Source: Pseudomonadota bacterium (GTDB lineage: Bacteria; Bdellovibrionota; UBA1018; CAIMNF01). From it: 64,000 nucleotides of DNA. Under the pieces are notes generated by a model. It was not told where the DNA came from, made no database searches, and saw only the letters and a program-made list of their open reading frames with translations. Positions 27,710 to 37,212 of this stretch are shown here, piece by piece. The DNA is taken from NCBI GenBank assembly GCA_027491115.1, contig JAIXWV010000037.1, positions 3,048 to 67,047 on the forward strand, in the 5' to 3' direction. Made by a program: the position numbers and the translations under genes. Numbering within the stretch: the stretch's first letter is position 1; every line of letters starts with the position of its first letter.

Positions 27710-28587
27710 GGATTACAGTTCGAACAGATCCCGGGGGTGGCTTTACCTGTCGCCAGTGGATCACGTCTGAACTCTTCGTGCCCACATGCTCCACAACCCC
27801 AATGGTGACCGGACGGTATCTGGGTCGCTGTTCCGCAGTCCGGGCAGGGTTCTCCGCTGCCAGCTTTTTCCGGCCAGAATCCCGGATTCTCACAGATAGG
27901 ACACAAGGATGCAATCCGCTCCACCAGTTTCACCCCCAGTTCACGGATGACCTCCATGCGGGTCGGGTTGTAGTGGGCCCGGAGATCGGCGCTGACGAAT
28001 ACTTTTCGTGGAGATCCGGCCATCCGGTCGATGCGCCTCATGGTTTCTTCCAAATGGTGACGGGAGCGAATCCCCGATCGAATCGGGAGGGGGTCACCGT
28101 CCACCCTGATGGTCAGGGCATGACTCGGAAAGCGTGTTTTCGAGATCTCATCGAAAATATCTTGGCCGGGTTCGATCTCCAGTTCAAAATGATGGACCCG
28201 GGTAGACAGGTGGTCGACAAATAGGTCACCCGACTCGTCCCTTTGGCCCCAAAGCATGGCCTCATGATTGGTCGGGATGCCACCAAAAATCGGGTGAGTC
28301 CCGAAGCTTCCTTCACTGGCCAGGGCGAAACGGGCTTGCGGGTACTTGAGAAAGACGTGCTGGACTTTGGCTTGCAAGGTATCCCGGATCGATGCTGTTC
28401 TCGGCACCGATCCGGAAAAGGTTCCAAAAGCATCCGTATCAATTCGGGCGGTGATGCAACGGATGCCGAGGGCCCTCAGTCCCCCTTGAACTGCGCGCGC
28501 TTTCCCGTGTTTTGTCCCGAAGTAAACCGTTTCGCCCGCCCACGGGTGGGGCTTATTGACCTTGCCCAAGAGAGAACCCTTTTTCAC
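27706..28587 (-). CDS. Hypothetical protein with C-terminal double zinc ribbon (four CxxC pairs)
   Basis: 293 aa with a GTG start. The C-terminus has CPIC..CPDC..CGAC..CSNC. I cannot place the N-terminal roughly 220 aa in any family with confidence. Confidence 0.6.
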   Translation of the reverse strand: MKKGSLLGKVNKPHPWAGETVYFGTKHGKARAVQGGLRALGIRCITARIDTDAFGTFSGSVPRTASIRDTLQAKVQHVFLKYPQARFALASEGSFGTHPIFGGIPTNHEAMLWGQRDESGDLFVDHLSTRVHHFELEIEPGQDIFDEISKTRFPSHALTIRVDGDPLPIRSGIRSRHHLEETMRRIDRMAGSPRKVFVSADLRAHYNPTRMEVIRELGVKLVERIASLCPICENPGFWPEKAGSGEPCPDCGTATQIPSGHHWGCGACGHEEFRRDPLATGKATPGICSNCNP

Positions 28588-29998
28588 CGTTGAACAGGTA
28601 CAGATTCTCGGTCTTGATCACATCAACATTGGCTTGCGACAATTCTCGGAGCAACATCCAGATCACGCCAGGATTGGTGGTAGCCCCGTCTTTTGCTACC
28701 ATTCGGCAGCGCCAGTGATCGGTACAGAAGGTTTCTTTCATCCCGTGAGGGTAGACTTTCACTCCGCGATTGCTGATCATTTGGAGTTCAACGGGCAGAT
28801 CCTTGGCCGCCTGCTTAACCTGTTTTGCCAAAGCTTCTGGATCTCGCGCCCTTTCGTGTACGAACACATCGACTCCGATGAGTTCTTTTTTGGCAGCAGG
28901 TGCCGGTTTAGGCGAGGGGATCTTGAGTGGATCGGAGTCGGAGTAGATGGCTTTAGTCAGTCGGGTAGGTTCTTCACCCATTCGCTGGCATACTGCACGT
29001 GCAAAATCTTTGGTGCCTACTTTCTTTTTGCTAATTCCCTCTTGGAAAATGTCATAGGTGTGGACACCGTCCTCGATGGTTTTGAGCCAAGCGTTGTGAA
29101 CCTTTTCAGCGACTTTTCCTTGGCCCATGTGAACCAGCATTTGAACTGCACCGAGCAGTAGACCGCTCGGATTAGCCAGATCCTGGCCAGCACGTCTTGG
29201 AGCTGAACCGTGAATGGCTTCGAACATTGCACAGTTCTCACCGATGTTGGACGAGCCCGCAAGGCCTACAGAACCGGCAATTTGCGCGGCGACGTCGCTC
29301 AGAATATCACCATAGAGGTTCGGCATCACGATCACATCGAACACTTCCGGAGTATCGGCCATCTTGGCGGCCCCGATATCCACGATCCAGTGTTCCTTCT
29401 CTAGGCCGGGGTACTCGGCTCCGATCTCGTCAAAGACCTTGTGGAAAAGACCGTCGGTCATTTTCATGATGTTGTCTTTGGTGAAACAGGTCACCTTTTT
29501 GCGGCCAGCACGTTTTGCGTACTCAAAAGCATAACGGACAATTTTTTCACAACCCGGGCGGGAGATCACCTTCAAGCACTGGTAGACCTCGTCGGTTTGG
29601 CGATGTTCGATCCCGGCGTAGAGATCTTCCTCGTTCTCGCGGATGATCACAAGATCCATCGCGGGGTGCTTGGTGCGGATGAATGGATTGTAGGATCGGC
29701 ACGGCCGTACATTGGCGTAGAGACCCAGGCTCTTCCGGACGGTCACATTCAGGCTCTTGAAGCCCCCCCCTTGTGGGGTGGTGATGGGCGCTTTCAAGAA
29801 GATCTTGTTTTGGATGAGCTTGTCCCATGAGGATTCGTCGATCCCGGCAGTTTGTCCGCGCAGGTAGACTTTTTCTCCGATTTCGATGGTATCGTAGGCC
29901 AATCGGGCACCGGCGGCCTCGAGGATGTTCAAAGTGGCGGCCATGATTTCAGGTCCGATTCCGTCTCCGTGGGCGACTGTGATTCTGGGAAGGCTCAT
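28553..29998 (-). CDS. icd: NADP-dependent isocitrate dehydrogenase (long, about 480-aa form)
   Basis: ITVAHGDGIGPEI, NLYGDILSD and the beta-decarboxylating dehydrogenase layout with a C-terminal extension. Confidence 0.88.
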   Translation of the reverse strand: MSLPRITVAHGDGIGPEIMAATLNILEAAGARLAYDTIEIGEKVYLRGQTAGIDESSWDKLIQNKIFLKAPITTPQGGGFKSLNVTVRKSLGLYANVRPCRSYNPFIRTKHPAMDLVIIRENEEDLYAGIEHRQTDEVYQCLKVISRPGCEKIVRYAFEYAKRAGRKKVTCFTKDNIMKMTDGLFHKVFDEIGAEYPGLEKEHWIVDIGAAKMADTPEVFDVIVMPNLYGDILSDVAAQIAGSVGLAGSSNIGENCAMFEAIHGSAPRRAGQDLANPSGLLLGAVQMLVHMGQGKVAEKVHNAWLKTIEDGVHTYDIFQEGISKKKVGTKDFARAVCQRMGEEPTRLTKAIYSDSDPLKIPSPKPAPAAKKELIGVDVFVHERARDPEALAKQVKQAAKDLPVELQMISNRGVKVYPHGMKETFCTDHWRCRMVAKDGATTNPGVIWMLLRELSQANVDVIKTENLYLFNGEKGFSLGQGQ

Positions 29999-30045
29999 GT
30001 AAGTGTCTCCTTTAGGGGAGAGTCTGACGCTATTCCAAAAAAATT

Positions 30046-30081
30046 AAAAATAGATAAAAAATACTAAGTACATCTATTTTT
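30046..30081. promoter_or_regulatory. Perfect 10-bp inverted repeat AAAAATAGAT-N16-ATCTATTTTT in the icd / LysR divergent intergenic region
   Basis: Read directly from the sequence. It lies 15 nt upstream of the LysR ATG in an AT-rich spacer. A role as the LysR operator is inferred. Confidence 0.3.
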
Positions 30082-30095
30082 GGTATGATTGACGG

Positions 30096-30956
30096 ATGAA
30101 GTTCTTGAATCATCATCACCTTTATCTCTTCCATGTGTTTGGTAGGACGCTCAGTTTCACCCGGACCGCCGAAGAACTCAGGATCGCCCAGTCGGCGGTG
30201 ACCGCCCAAATCAGGAAGCTCGAGGAATCCTTAGCGCTTGATCTCATTGATCGCACCCATCCTCGTCGTCCCGTGCTCACACCGGAGGGAAGGAAAGTGC
30301 TTGAGTATGCCGACGCGATCTTTGAAACGAGTCGGGAATTGGCGCAATGGTCACAAGGAGGAGGGATGCGCCAGCGGGTGGTCCGGATCGGGGCAATCTC
30401 GGGACTTTCCCGGAATCTTCAGTACGAGTTCATGGCTCCATTGTTGGGTAAACCGGATATCAGATTCGAGGTGTTCACCGGTGATCAAGAGCATCTTCTC
30501 GGTCGTCTGATGTCCCATGATTTGGATTTGGTTCTGAGTTCAAGGAGTCCTGGGTTGGGATCGCAGAGGATTCAAACGCATGTTCTCACACGCTCCCCTG
30601 TACTCTTGGTTTCAAATCGTTTATCCAAAGGAGCCGTTTTGAATGGAAGAGACGTATTCATTCCCGGAAGCAGTTTTGAGGCTCACTCCGAGCTCGAATC
30701 ATTCCTGACCACTCGATTCAGTGGATTTCGCATTGCAGGCCAGGTGGATGATATCGCACTTCTCCGGATTCTCGCTCTCCGTTCAGGATCGGTCGTAGCC
30801 GTTCCTGAGATGGGCGTTCATGCCGAAGTGGCTTCAGGCGAGCTCAAGGTAATCGCGAGAATCGACGGTGTTGAACAAAAGTTCTACGCCTTGACCCGAA
30901 GTCGACTGAAATCCGATCCACTCATGTCCAAGCTGATTCGGGGGATGTCCGGCTGA
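30096..30956 (+). CDS. LysR-family transcriptional regulator
   Basis: N-terminal HTH FTRTAEELRIAQSAVTAQIRKLEESL followed by a LysR substrate-binding-length C-terminus. Confidence 0.85.
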   Translation: MKFLNHHHLYLFHVFGRTLSFTRTAEELRIAQSAVTAQIRKLEESLALDLIDRTHPRRPVLTPEGRKVLEYADAIFETSRELAQWSQGGGMRQRVVRIGAISGLSRNLQYEFMAPLLGKPDIRFEVFTGDQEHLLGRLMSHDLDLVLSSRSPGLGSQRIQTHVLTRSPVLLVSNRLSKGAVLNGRDVFIPGSSFEAHSELESFLTTRFSGFRIAGQVDDIALLRILALRSGSVVAVPEMGVHAEVASGELKVIARIDGVEQKFYALTRSRLKSDPLMSKLIRGMSG

Positions 30957-30963
30957 TCATCCA

Positions 30964-31839
30964 TCAATGCAAGGGTCGTTTTTTGATCATTCCCCCGCGG
31001 GTCTCATTCACGGGTTGTTGGACGACAAACGCACTCGGATCGATTCGCTCGATCGTCGTAGTGAGTTGATGAACCTCGAGCCGTGTGACCACCGAGAACA
31101 GAATCTGGATTTCGTTCTCGCGGATGCCGGTGCTCCCGAACCCGCCTTCACCTTTGTAAACGGTCACGGCTCGCTGCAATTCGTGGATCACGGCTTGGCG
31201 GATCTCCTCCGCTTTTTTTGAGATCACCGTGACCCCGATGTATTCTTCGATTCCCGAGATCCAAAAGTCCACTGACTTGGATGCCGCGACATAGGTCAAA
31301 ATCGAATATAGCGCTGTTTCGATATTGGTGACCAAAGCCGAGATCGAAAACAATACGATGTTGAAGAGTGCGATCACGTCCCCGACGGTGAGACTCGTCC
31401 GGCGACTGAGATTGAGCGCCAGAACCTCGGTTCCGTCAATCACTCCTCCGCCCCTCATGGCGAGACCGATTCCACTCCCGAGAAAGAATCCACCGAAGAT
31501 CGAGATCAGGAGTTTATCTTGGGTGATTTGGGGAAACTTGAAAAAATGGACCATCAGAGCAAGGGTCAAGACAGCTAGGGCCGTCCGGATGGCGAATACT
31601 CGGGAAATCTGTTTCGCTCCGAGAACGAAGAACGGAAGATTCAGTCCGAAAATCAAGATTGAAAGATCGATGCCGGTCAAACGATTCACCAGAAGGGAGA
31701 TTCCGGTGATGCCACCGTCGAGGAACCCGTTCGGTAACAGGAATCCCTTCAATCCCACCGTGGCGAAAAGAACCCCGAGTCCCATCATGACGAGACTTTT
31801 GATCTGTTTTTTGATCGGCTTCCGGATGGGGTGATTCAT
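30964..31839 (-). CDS. YitT-family membrane protein (DUF2179 C-terminal domain)
   Basis: Five to six TM helices followed by a soluble C-terminal domain (VTVYKGEGGF...) typical of YitT/DUF2179. Confidence 0.8.
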   Translation of the reverse strand: MNHPIRKPIKKQIKSLVMMGLGVLFATVGLKGFLLPNGFLDGGITGISLLVNRLTGIDLSILIFGLNLPFFVLGAKQISRVFAIRTALAVLTLALMVHFFKFPQITQDKLLISIFGGFFLGSGIGLAMRGGGVIDGTEVLALNLSRRTSLTVGDVIALFNIVLFSISALVTNIETALYSILTYVAASKSVDFWISGIEEYIGVTVISKKAEEIRQAVIHELQRAVTVYKGEGGFGSTGIRENEIQILFSVVTRLEVHQLTTTIERIDPSAFVVQQPVNETRGGMIKKRPLH

Positions 31840-32714
31840 TCGAAGAACGGATCAGCCGGGGTGGGAATCGAGCTGAGATCGAGGCTCAGTCCTGCGCGCG
31901 ATTCTTCTTGGGCTTCGATCCACGGAGCCTCGGCGCCCATGAGCCGTTGTTCCTCGACCCAGTCGTACATTCGATTCGGTTCCCAGAAGAAAAGAGGAAC
32001 AGTCTCGTCGGATGCCCGGAGTGGCCATTGAGCCGGTTTCAGTGAAAGCGCTGCAAGACTGACCCCCCGTTCGGGGGTTCCGATCTTCGACTTCGGCACC
32101 TGGAGGGTGCGGCTCCAGCGTGCAGCTGCTTCACTGACGGAGGAGTGTTGCAGGGCTCCTGCGATTTCGAGAAAGCTCATCGCAAAAGCTGAGCATCCCG
32201 CGCCTTCGCCTTTTCGTGGGCGAAGCGGAAGTCCGTAGGTGCGGGAGTGTCCATTGTTCTCGAACTCCCGGGTGTAGTCCATGAGTCGACTGCAGGTGGT
32301 TCCCGATAGCGCGAACTTCAAGAACCGGACCCTCCGGTTGCGCTCGAGGCGCCGCTCGATTTCCTCGCGGTTCTCAAGTCTTCCGGCAAAGCGGTGGAAG
32401 AGGATTCCGAGCCCGATCCGCCCCGTCGTCAGTAAGCGAACCGATTCCATGGGATCTTCCTGGGTCATGGCGGTGTGGAGAGAGGTCCCGTCCGCGCACT
32501 CGAGCTTGACGGTGACGTGTCCGAGCGCAATGTTTTCCTGACCTCTCAGAAGATCTTTCGTTCCACTCAATAATGTGGTGCGCGTGAGAGCGCCAGGAGT
32601 GGACCAATTCAGGACCACGGGTGAGCGGTAGAAGTAAAGCGTGAGCGAATTCATGGGCTCTCCATGGGCGACAGGGGTCATCGGTAAAAAAAGAAGAAAC
32701 CAAAGGAATTTCAT
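31836..32714 (-). CDS. Secreted hypothetical protein
   Basis: The ATG at 32714 gives the signal peptide MKFLWFLLFLPMTPVAHG. I recognise no family. It contains a GEGAGCSAF segment. The stop overlaps the YitT start. Confidence 0.55.
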   Translation of the reverse strand: MKFLWFLLFLPMTPVAHGEPMNSLTLYFYRSPVVLNWSTPGALTRTTLLSGTKDLLRGQENIALGHVTVKLECADGTSLHTAMTQEDPMESVRLLTTGRIGLGILFHRFAGRLENREEIERRLERNRRVRFLKFALSGTTCSRLMDYTREFENNGHSRTYGLPLRPRKGEGAGCSAFAMSFLEIAGALQHSSVSEAAARWSRTLQVPKSKIGTPERGVSLAALSLKPAQWPLRASDETVPLFFWEPNRMYDWVEEQRLMGAEAPWIEAQEESRAGLSLDLSSIPTPADPFFE

Positions 32715-32777
32715 GGGATGGAGGTTTAGCACGCCGAGTTAAGGCGTGCAAGCGAATCAACCCCGAGGAATGTAACT

Positions 32778-33971
32778 TCAAGTGTTTGAAGTTTTTCCCT
32801 TTTTTTGAAACTTCATGCGTTCAGCTGCGAGGGCATAACCCCCATCCGACCCGTCGATGAAGTGCAGGTGTTCCCCCGGGTTTAACCCCTCCACCAAGCA
32901 GGTCATCAGGGCCTGATCCGATTGGCAGGTTCCGTAGAAGATGGCACCAGACTCCTGTTCCTGCTTGAGAAGATTCTCGAGGGCGCGGACTTGATCTGGG
33001 TTGCAATCCAGAACCGCCCGAAAGGACGAGTCGAACTTCCGAAAATCACAGTGGGCGGGAGTGTCCCGGACGTAGCGTCGAAGGATCGGGACCGGGATGC
33101 GACGGTTGAACAAGAAGCCTGCCACGAGGATTTCAAAGATCCTCACGAGCCTCCGGAATGAAAGGCCCCTCTTTTGAAGGCGGGATTCCTCGCGGAGCAA
33201 GTTCCCGGTCGGACGGTATCCTCTGAGTTCTCCGAGGCCCGGATTCGCGGAGGCCATGCCTCCCGGGAAAAGCGCTTCGATTTGTCGGACCAAGCGGCTG
33301 AAGGTGGCCGACGGCTCATGTCCGTTTCCGGCAAGAGCTTCAATGATGATCGTGAGCATCACCCCGTTCCGGGTCTGGAACGGTTTCCAACGGCACGAGA
33401 GTCCACTGAGGTCGGGATCAGGAATGACGGATCCCCGGTATTCAAGAGGGCTTGCAGGCTGTTTGAATTGCTCCTCAGCCAGGCGCAAGGCATCCCCTCG
33501 AAACTCCGCAATCGTGCAGGTTTCCGATACTGCGAATTTGGCCACTTGCACTCCAGCCCCGATCTTTTCCAGTTCCGAGATTTTGACTCCGGCAAGTCTG
33601 AGTTCCATGCCGAAGTTTTTTTGAGCAAGTTCTCGCAGGCCTGCCAAACTGGCCAATACCGCTTCCTGACGGCCGTCCGGTACCAAGAGGGTGGCGCCAT
33701 CACCTCCGAATACGAAGGGGAACTCGAGGTCGCCGAGGACTTTCTTTGTCACTGCGATGGTGGCGGCTCCGAGCGTATTCACGTCTTTGTATCGGCCCTC
33801 ACGAATCGCCCGAGTCGAACCACGGATGTCGGTCAGAATGATCCACCAATCTGAAGGGACTCGCGTGTAATGGGACAGGTCGGCCAGATTGGAGAAGTCC
33901 GTGAGCGGGCGGAGGTTGTGGTAAAAGCTTACACTTTTGGAATCAGCACGACCCACGGGCCCGGCTCTCAC
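32778..33971 (-). CDS. DUF3095-like protein with nucleotidyl-cyclase-like N-terminal core
   Basis: WWIILTDIRGSTRAI...FVFGGDGATLLVP resembles the DIxGST / GGD metal-binding pattern of the class III cyclase/GGDEF fold. 397 aa. The GTG start overlaps the upstream stop (GTGA). Confidence 0.6.
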   Translation of the reverse strand: MRAGPVGRADSKSVSFYHNLRPLTDFSNLADLSHYTRVPSDWWIILTDIRGSTRAIREGRYKDVNTLGAATIAVTKKVLGDLEFPFVFGGDGATLLVPDGRQEAVLASLAGLRELAQKNFGMELRLAGVKISELEKIGAGVQVAKFAVSETCTIAEFRGDALRLAEEQFKQPASPLEYRGSVIPDPDLSGLSCRWKPFQTRNGVMLTIIIEALAGNGHEPSATFSRLVRQIEALFPGGMASANPGLGELRGYRPTGNLLREESRLQKRGLSFRRLVRIFEILVAGFLFNRRIPVPILRRYVRDTPAHCDFRKFDSSFRAVLDCNPDQVRALENLLKQEQESGAIFYGTCQSDQALMTCLVEGLNPGEHLHFIDGSDGGYALAAERMKFQKKGKTSNT

Positions 33972-35104
33972 TTGTACTTTCCCCGTCCGTCAATGACTTC
34001 AATTCCGAGTCTTTGGAATTCCGCCAGTTCTTCGGGACTGGGGGGATCGGAATGATAAATGAACGCCTTGATTTTGGACGTAGACAGTTCGCCAAAATGG
34101 AGTCCTTCGACGTAATTTCCATAGGGACGGAAGAGTTGCTCACCTTGATGGGGAGCGAGCTCGGGAAACTTCTTGAAGAATTTCTTGTCGAACTCCGGCT
34201 GGGAGTTGTTCTCGAGCACGCTCAGCCAGGTTGGGATGTGTTCGCCCTCGTCGATTCTTTTTTCATAGGAGCGCTTGTAGGCGTCCGGTTCGACAAAGCG
34301 AAGCTTGTTGTGTTGTTGAACTTCCCGGTAATAGAAGGGAATCGAAGTCTTGGCCCAGTCGAGGGGGAGGAGGTAGTCCACAGCGAGTTTTTCGCTCATT
34401 TTCTGGTCCGGCAGAACTTCCATCGACCGCCAGTCATCGACGAGACCGGACTCGAGAAAGGCCCGATCGAGGCTGTCTCCTATCGTCACCAAGGTGTGAT
34501 CTTCGAGGGTCTCCCGTTTCAGGATCCATGTGTCTCCCACCCGCTTTTCTTGAAAGGCATCCATGCTGTAATGGGTCGGAGTGAACTCGATCCCGGAAGC
34601 GGGTTCGGGTACCAAGTACATCGATTTGGGTTTGACCGGAGCTGCGATTCTCTCGTAATCGGACGGCTCCACCCTCAAGTATCGGGATTCGACGACGTTC
34701 CGTGCACCCGGGTTGAACACTCCGTTCGATGTCGCAATTTCGTGCTGGTTTTTGATTCCGCCTTTCAAGATGTCCATACGGGCATCACGGCTGGTGTCTA
34801 CGGCGAATGTGAACTGCTTTTGTTCGAACATGTCGAGGAGCTTCTTGAAAGTCGGATCCCGTTTGGCGATCGTTTCAATCGCCCGGATCTGCTCCTTGAA
34901 ATGGAGTCCGTTTTGGACACTTTGTTCACGGGTCGAATTTGCGATCTTTTTGACGAGAGCTTTGGGGTCCTCTGCCGCCGAAGGTGTGCTGATTCCTTGA
35001 AGTAAATTCCGGAAGTTCTGGTCACAATCCCCGGCATACGATCCCGAGGGGATCGCAAAAGAAAGTGTGATGAGGAGGATCGATGACAGCTTCCGTGGAA
35101 TCAT
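33968..35104 (-). CDS. Secreted hypothetical protein
   Basis: 378 aa with the signal peptide ILLITLSFAIPSGSYAG. Lys/Glu/Phe/Tyr-rich composition typical of a real protein, unlike the antisense ORF 34013-35005. Confidence 0.55.
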   Translation of the reverse strand: MIPRKLSSILLITLSFAIPSGSYAGDCDQNFRNLLQGISTPSAAEDPKALVKKIANSTREQSVQNGLHFKEQIRAIETIAKRDPTFKKLLDMFEQKQFTFAVDTSRDARMDILKGGIKNQHEIATSNGVFNPGARNVVESRYLRVEPSDYERIAAPVKPKSMYLVPEPASGIEFTPTHYSMDAFQEKRVGDTWILKRETLEDHTLVTIGDSLDRAFLESGLVDDWRSMEVLPDQKMSEKLAVDYLLPLDWAKTSIPFYYREVQQHNKLRFVEPDAYKRSYEKRIDEGEHIPTWLSVLENNSQPEFDKKFFKKFPELAPHQGEQLFRPYGNYVEGLHFGELSTSKIKAFIYHSDPPSPEELAEFQRLGIEVIDGRGKYK

Positions 35105-35157
35105 GGGTACCCAGATTCAAGGGTATTCCGGCTGAGGGAACTCGTAAAGAAGCTCGC

Positions 35158-36636
35158 TCAAGTGTGGGAAGAATGACGCTGGAGGACCTTTTTTGCCGCC
35201 CTCCGGACCTCGGACCGGCTCTTCCATTCGAAGATCCGCTCCTTTGCAAGTCGATAGCTCTCTTCCGCGTCCACGATGGGAAGAGGGTAATGGACTCCGG
35301 CTTGAAAGCCCGATTCGAGCTGGAGGAGGGGGGGCATCAAGTGGGGCTCGGCCAAATCGCTCAAGGAAACCCGTGAGAGTTCGGGCAGGTGGGTCCGGAT
35401 AAAGCGTCCTTCGGGATCCTGGTCGAGGAGTTGCTTCTTCGGAGAATAGATCCGAATCGTATTGATGCCGGTTACCCCCGCTTGCATCTGGACCTGGCTG
35501 TAGTGGATCCCGGGCTCGAAGTCCACAAAATGACGGGCCAGGAAGATGGCCGGTTTCTTCCAGTGCAGCCAGAGCTGGTAGGTGGCGAAACTGAGAAGCA
35601 TGGCGCGCATGCGGAAGTTGATCCAACCGTCACGATGTAGGGCTTTCATGCAGGCGTCGATCATGGGGAAGCCGGTCTCGCCCTTGCACCAGGCTTCGAA
35701 TTTGGCCTCGTCGAATTCGCTCTCCCGCATACCGTCGAATTCACGATTCACATTTTCAAACTCCATGGACGGCTCGGATTCGAGCTTCTGGATGAAATGA
35801 CAATGCCACCATAGCCGGCTCTCGAATTGTTCGAGCGATCGGAGCCACTTGCCTGTTCGAGGAAGGGAGTGAAGTGCCGATCGCTTTTTTTGGATCGCCC
35901 AATGGAGCTCAGACAGGGAGACCGTTCCCCAGGCTAGATGCGGACTCAATCGGCTGCACCCGTGGTTTGCCGTATTGGGCGATGAAATGGATCCGCTGTA
36001 GTGCTCCCCTCGCTCCTCGAAGAAGGAGTGGAGCAGACTGAGAGCCGCACCCCGACCGCCTGTCTGGGCCCCTGGCTTCAACAGGGCGCGATCGGGAACT
36101 GGAATCGCCCCGGTCCACTCGGGCCAAGGAGACACGAATGGAGCTTGCCCGGTCACTCGTATGATCGGGCGTTCGATGATGTCGGATCGTTTCGAGGGCC
36201 AGGTTTTCCGGTCCTTCAGCTTCCGGACGACCCCGAACTGCTTGAACTCACGCCAGGCAACGGAGTGGTGGCGGCACCAGGATCCGACGGCAAGGTCCCG
36301 CTTGAAGGACCAATCGAGTCCCGTTTCTTGGTGGGAGTAAAGGGTATGGATCGGGTGTTCTCGCCGCAGATCATCGAGTACCTGAACCATGGAACCGGTC
36401 CGGATCAAGAGAGGGACCCCTTTCCCGGCAAGCGTTGCGCGCAAATCCTTGAGGCACTCCAAGGCGAACTGGAGGTGAGCCGGAGCGAACTCATCTGAAC
36501 CGAGCCACTCTTCCTCGATCAAAAACAGACCGACAGTCGGTCCGCACTGGAGAGCCTTGGCCAAGGGCTCATGATCCTCCGCACGGAGATCCCGCTTGAA
36601 CCAGACCAGATGAAGGGGAGGTTTTGGAGTGAGCAT
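35158..36636 (-). CDS. Cryptochrome/photolyase-family flavoprotein
   Basis: N-terminal LVWFKRDLRAEDHEPL and a C-terminal FAD-binding region (WINFRMRAMLLSF...HYSQVQMQAG). The subclass cannot be assigned by eye. Confidence 0.85.
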   Translation of the reverse strand: MLTPKPPLHLVWFKRDLRAEDHEPLAKALQCGPTVGLFLIEEEWLGSDEFAPAHLQFALECLKDLRATLAGKGVPLLIRTGSMVQVLDDLRREHPIHTLYSHQETGLDWSFKRDLAVGSWCRHHSVAWREFKQFGVVRKLKDRKTWPSKRSDIIERPIIRVTGQAPFVSPWPEWTGAIPVPDRALLKPGAQTGGRGAALSLLHSFFEERGEHYSGSISSPNTANHGCSRLSPHLAWGTVSLSELHWAIQKKRSALHSLPRTGKWLRSLEQFESRLWWHCHFIQKLESEPSMEFENVNREFDGMRESEFDEAKFEAWCKGETGFPMIDACMKALHRDGWINFRMRAMLLSFATYQLWLHWKKPAIFLARHFVDFEPGIHYSQVQMQAGVTGINTIRIYSPKKQLLDQDPEGRFIRTHLPELSRVSLSDLAEPHLMPPLLQLESGFQAGVHYPLPIVDAEESYRLAKERIFEWKSRSEVRRAAKKVLQRHSSHT

Positions 36637-36712
36637 TTTGTTTATGGAATCTTAAACTACCAGGAGAATTCAGTCAATCCGGCGGGATGGTTTCCGTGGT
36701 ATTCCTCACAGT

Positions 36713-37117
36713 ATGGCCCGATTCATTTCATATCCCGTACCTCTCGCCGAGTTCGAGTTTTCGTTCGCGCGCAGTTCGGGTCCCGGGGGACAGAATGTCA
36801 ACAAGGTGAACAGCAAGGCGGTCTTGAGGTGGAGCCCCGGAAACAGTCGTGCCTTCACGGAAGATCAGCGCCAAAGGCTCTGTTCGAAGTTGAAGCTCAA
36901 CGAGGCCGGCGAGCTTCTGGTGACCAGTGATCGGTTCCGGGATCAGGTTCGAAACAAGGATGATTGTGTCGAGAAGTTCAACATCTTGATCGACGAGGCA
37001 CTTCATGTGCCGAAGATCCGGAAGAAAACCAAGAAAACCCGTTCGAGTCGCATGAAAGCCAAAGAAAGCAAAAAGCGTCACTCGGAGAAGAAGAGTCTCC
37101 GTTCATACCGGTACTGA
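36713..37117 (+). CDS. arfB: Alternative ribosome-rescue factor ArfB (peptidyl-tRNA hydrolase, GGQ)
   Basis: 134 aa with SSGPGGQNVNKVNSKAVL and a basic C-terminal tail (KKTKKTRSSRMKAKESKKRHSEKK). Confidence 0.85.
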   Translation: MARFISYPVPLAEFEFSFARSSGPGGQNVNKVNSKAVLRWSPGNSRAFTEDQRQRLCSKLKLNEAGELLVTSDRFRDQVRNKDDCVEKFNILIDEALHVPKIRKKTKKTRSSRMKAKESKKRHSEKKSLRSYRY

Positions 37118-37212
37118 GCGCCAAGATCCTGGCTCTGATGAATGTTAAACGGAATCAGTATAATTATTGTCAGAGTCCTCTGATCTGCCATAATTGTTCG
37201 TGAGGGGGATTC

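Noticed and set aside
24197-28587. SNF2 helicase plus neighbouring zinc-ribbon protein, considered as a phage-defence system (DISARM/Zorya-like).
   Set aside because: No methyltransferase, nuclease, PLD, DUF1998 or Zor/Drm partner genes are present. The SWIM-SNF2 architecture matches housekeeping YwqA/RapA-like proteins. The two genes are convergent, not an operon.
35158-36636. Photolyase-family gene, considered as an unusual cryptochrome subclass.
   Set aside because: The family is clear, but the subclass (CPD, DASH, 6-4 or FeS-BCP) cannot be decided by eye. There is no Fe-S Cys cluster or odd fusion to justify a finding.
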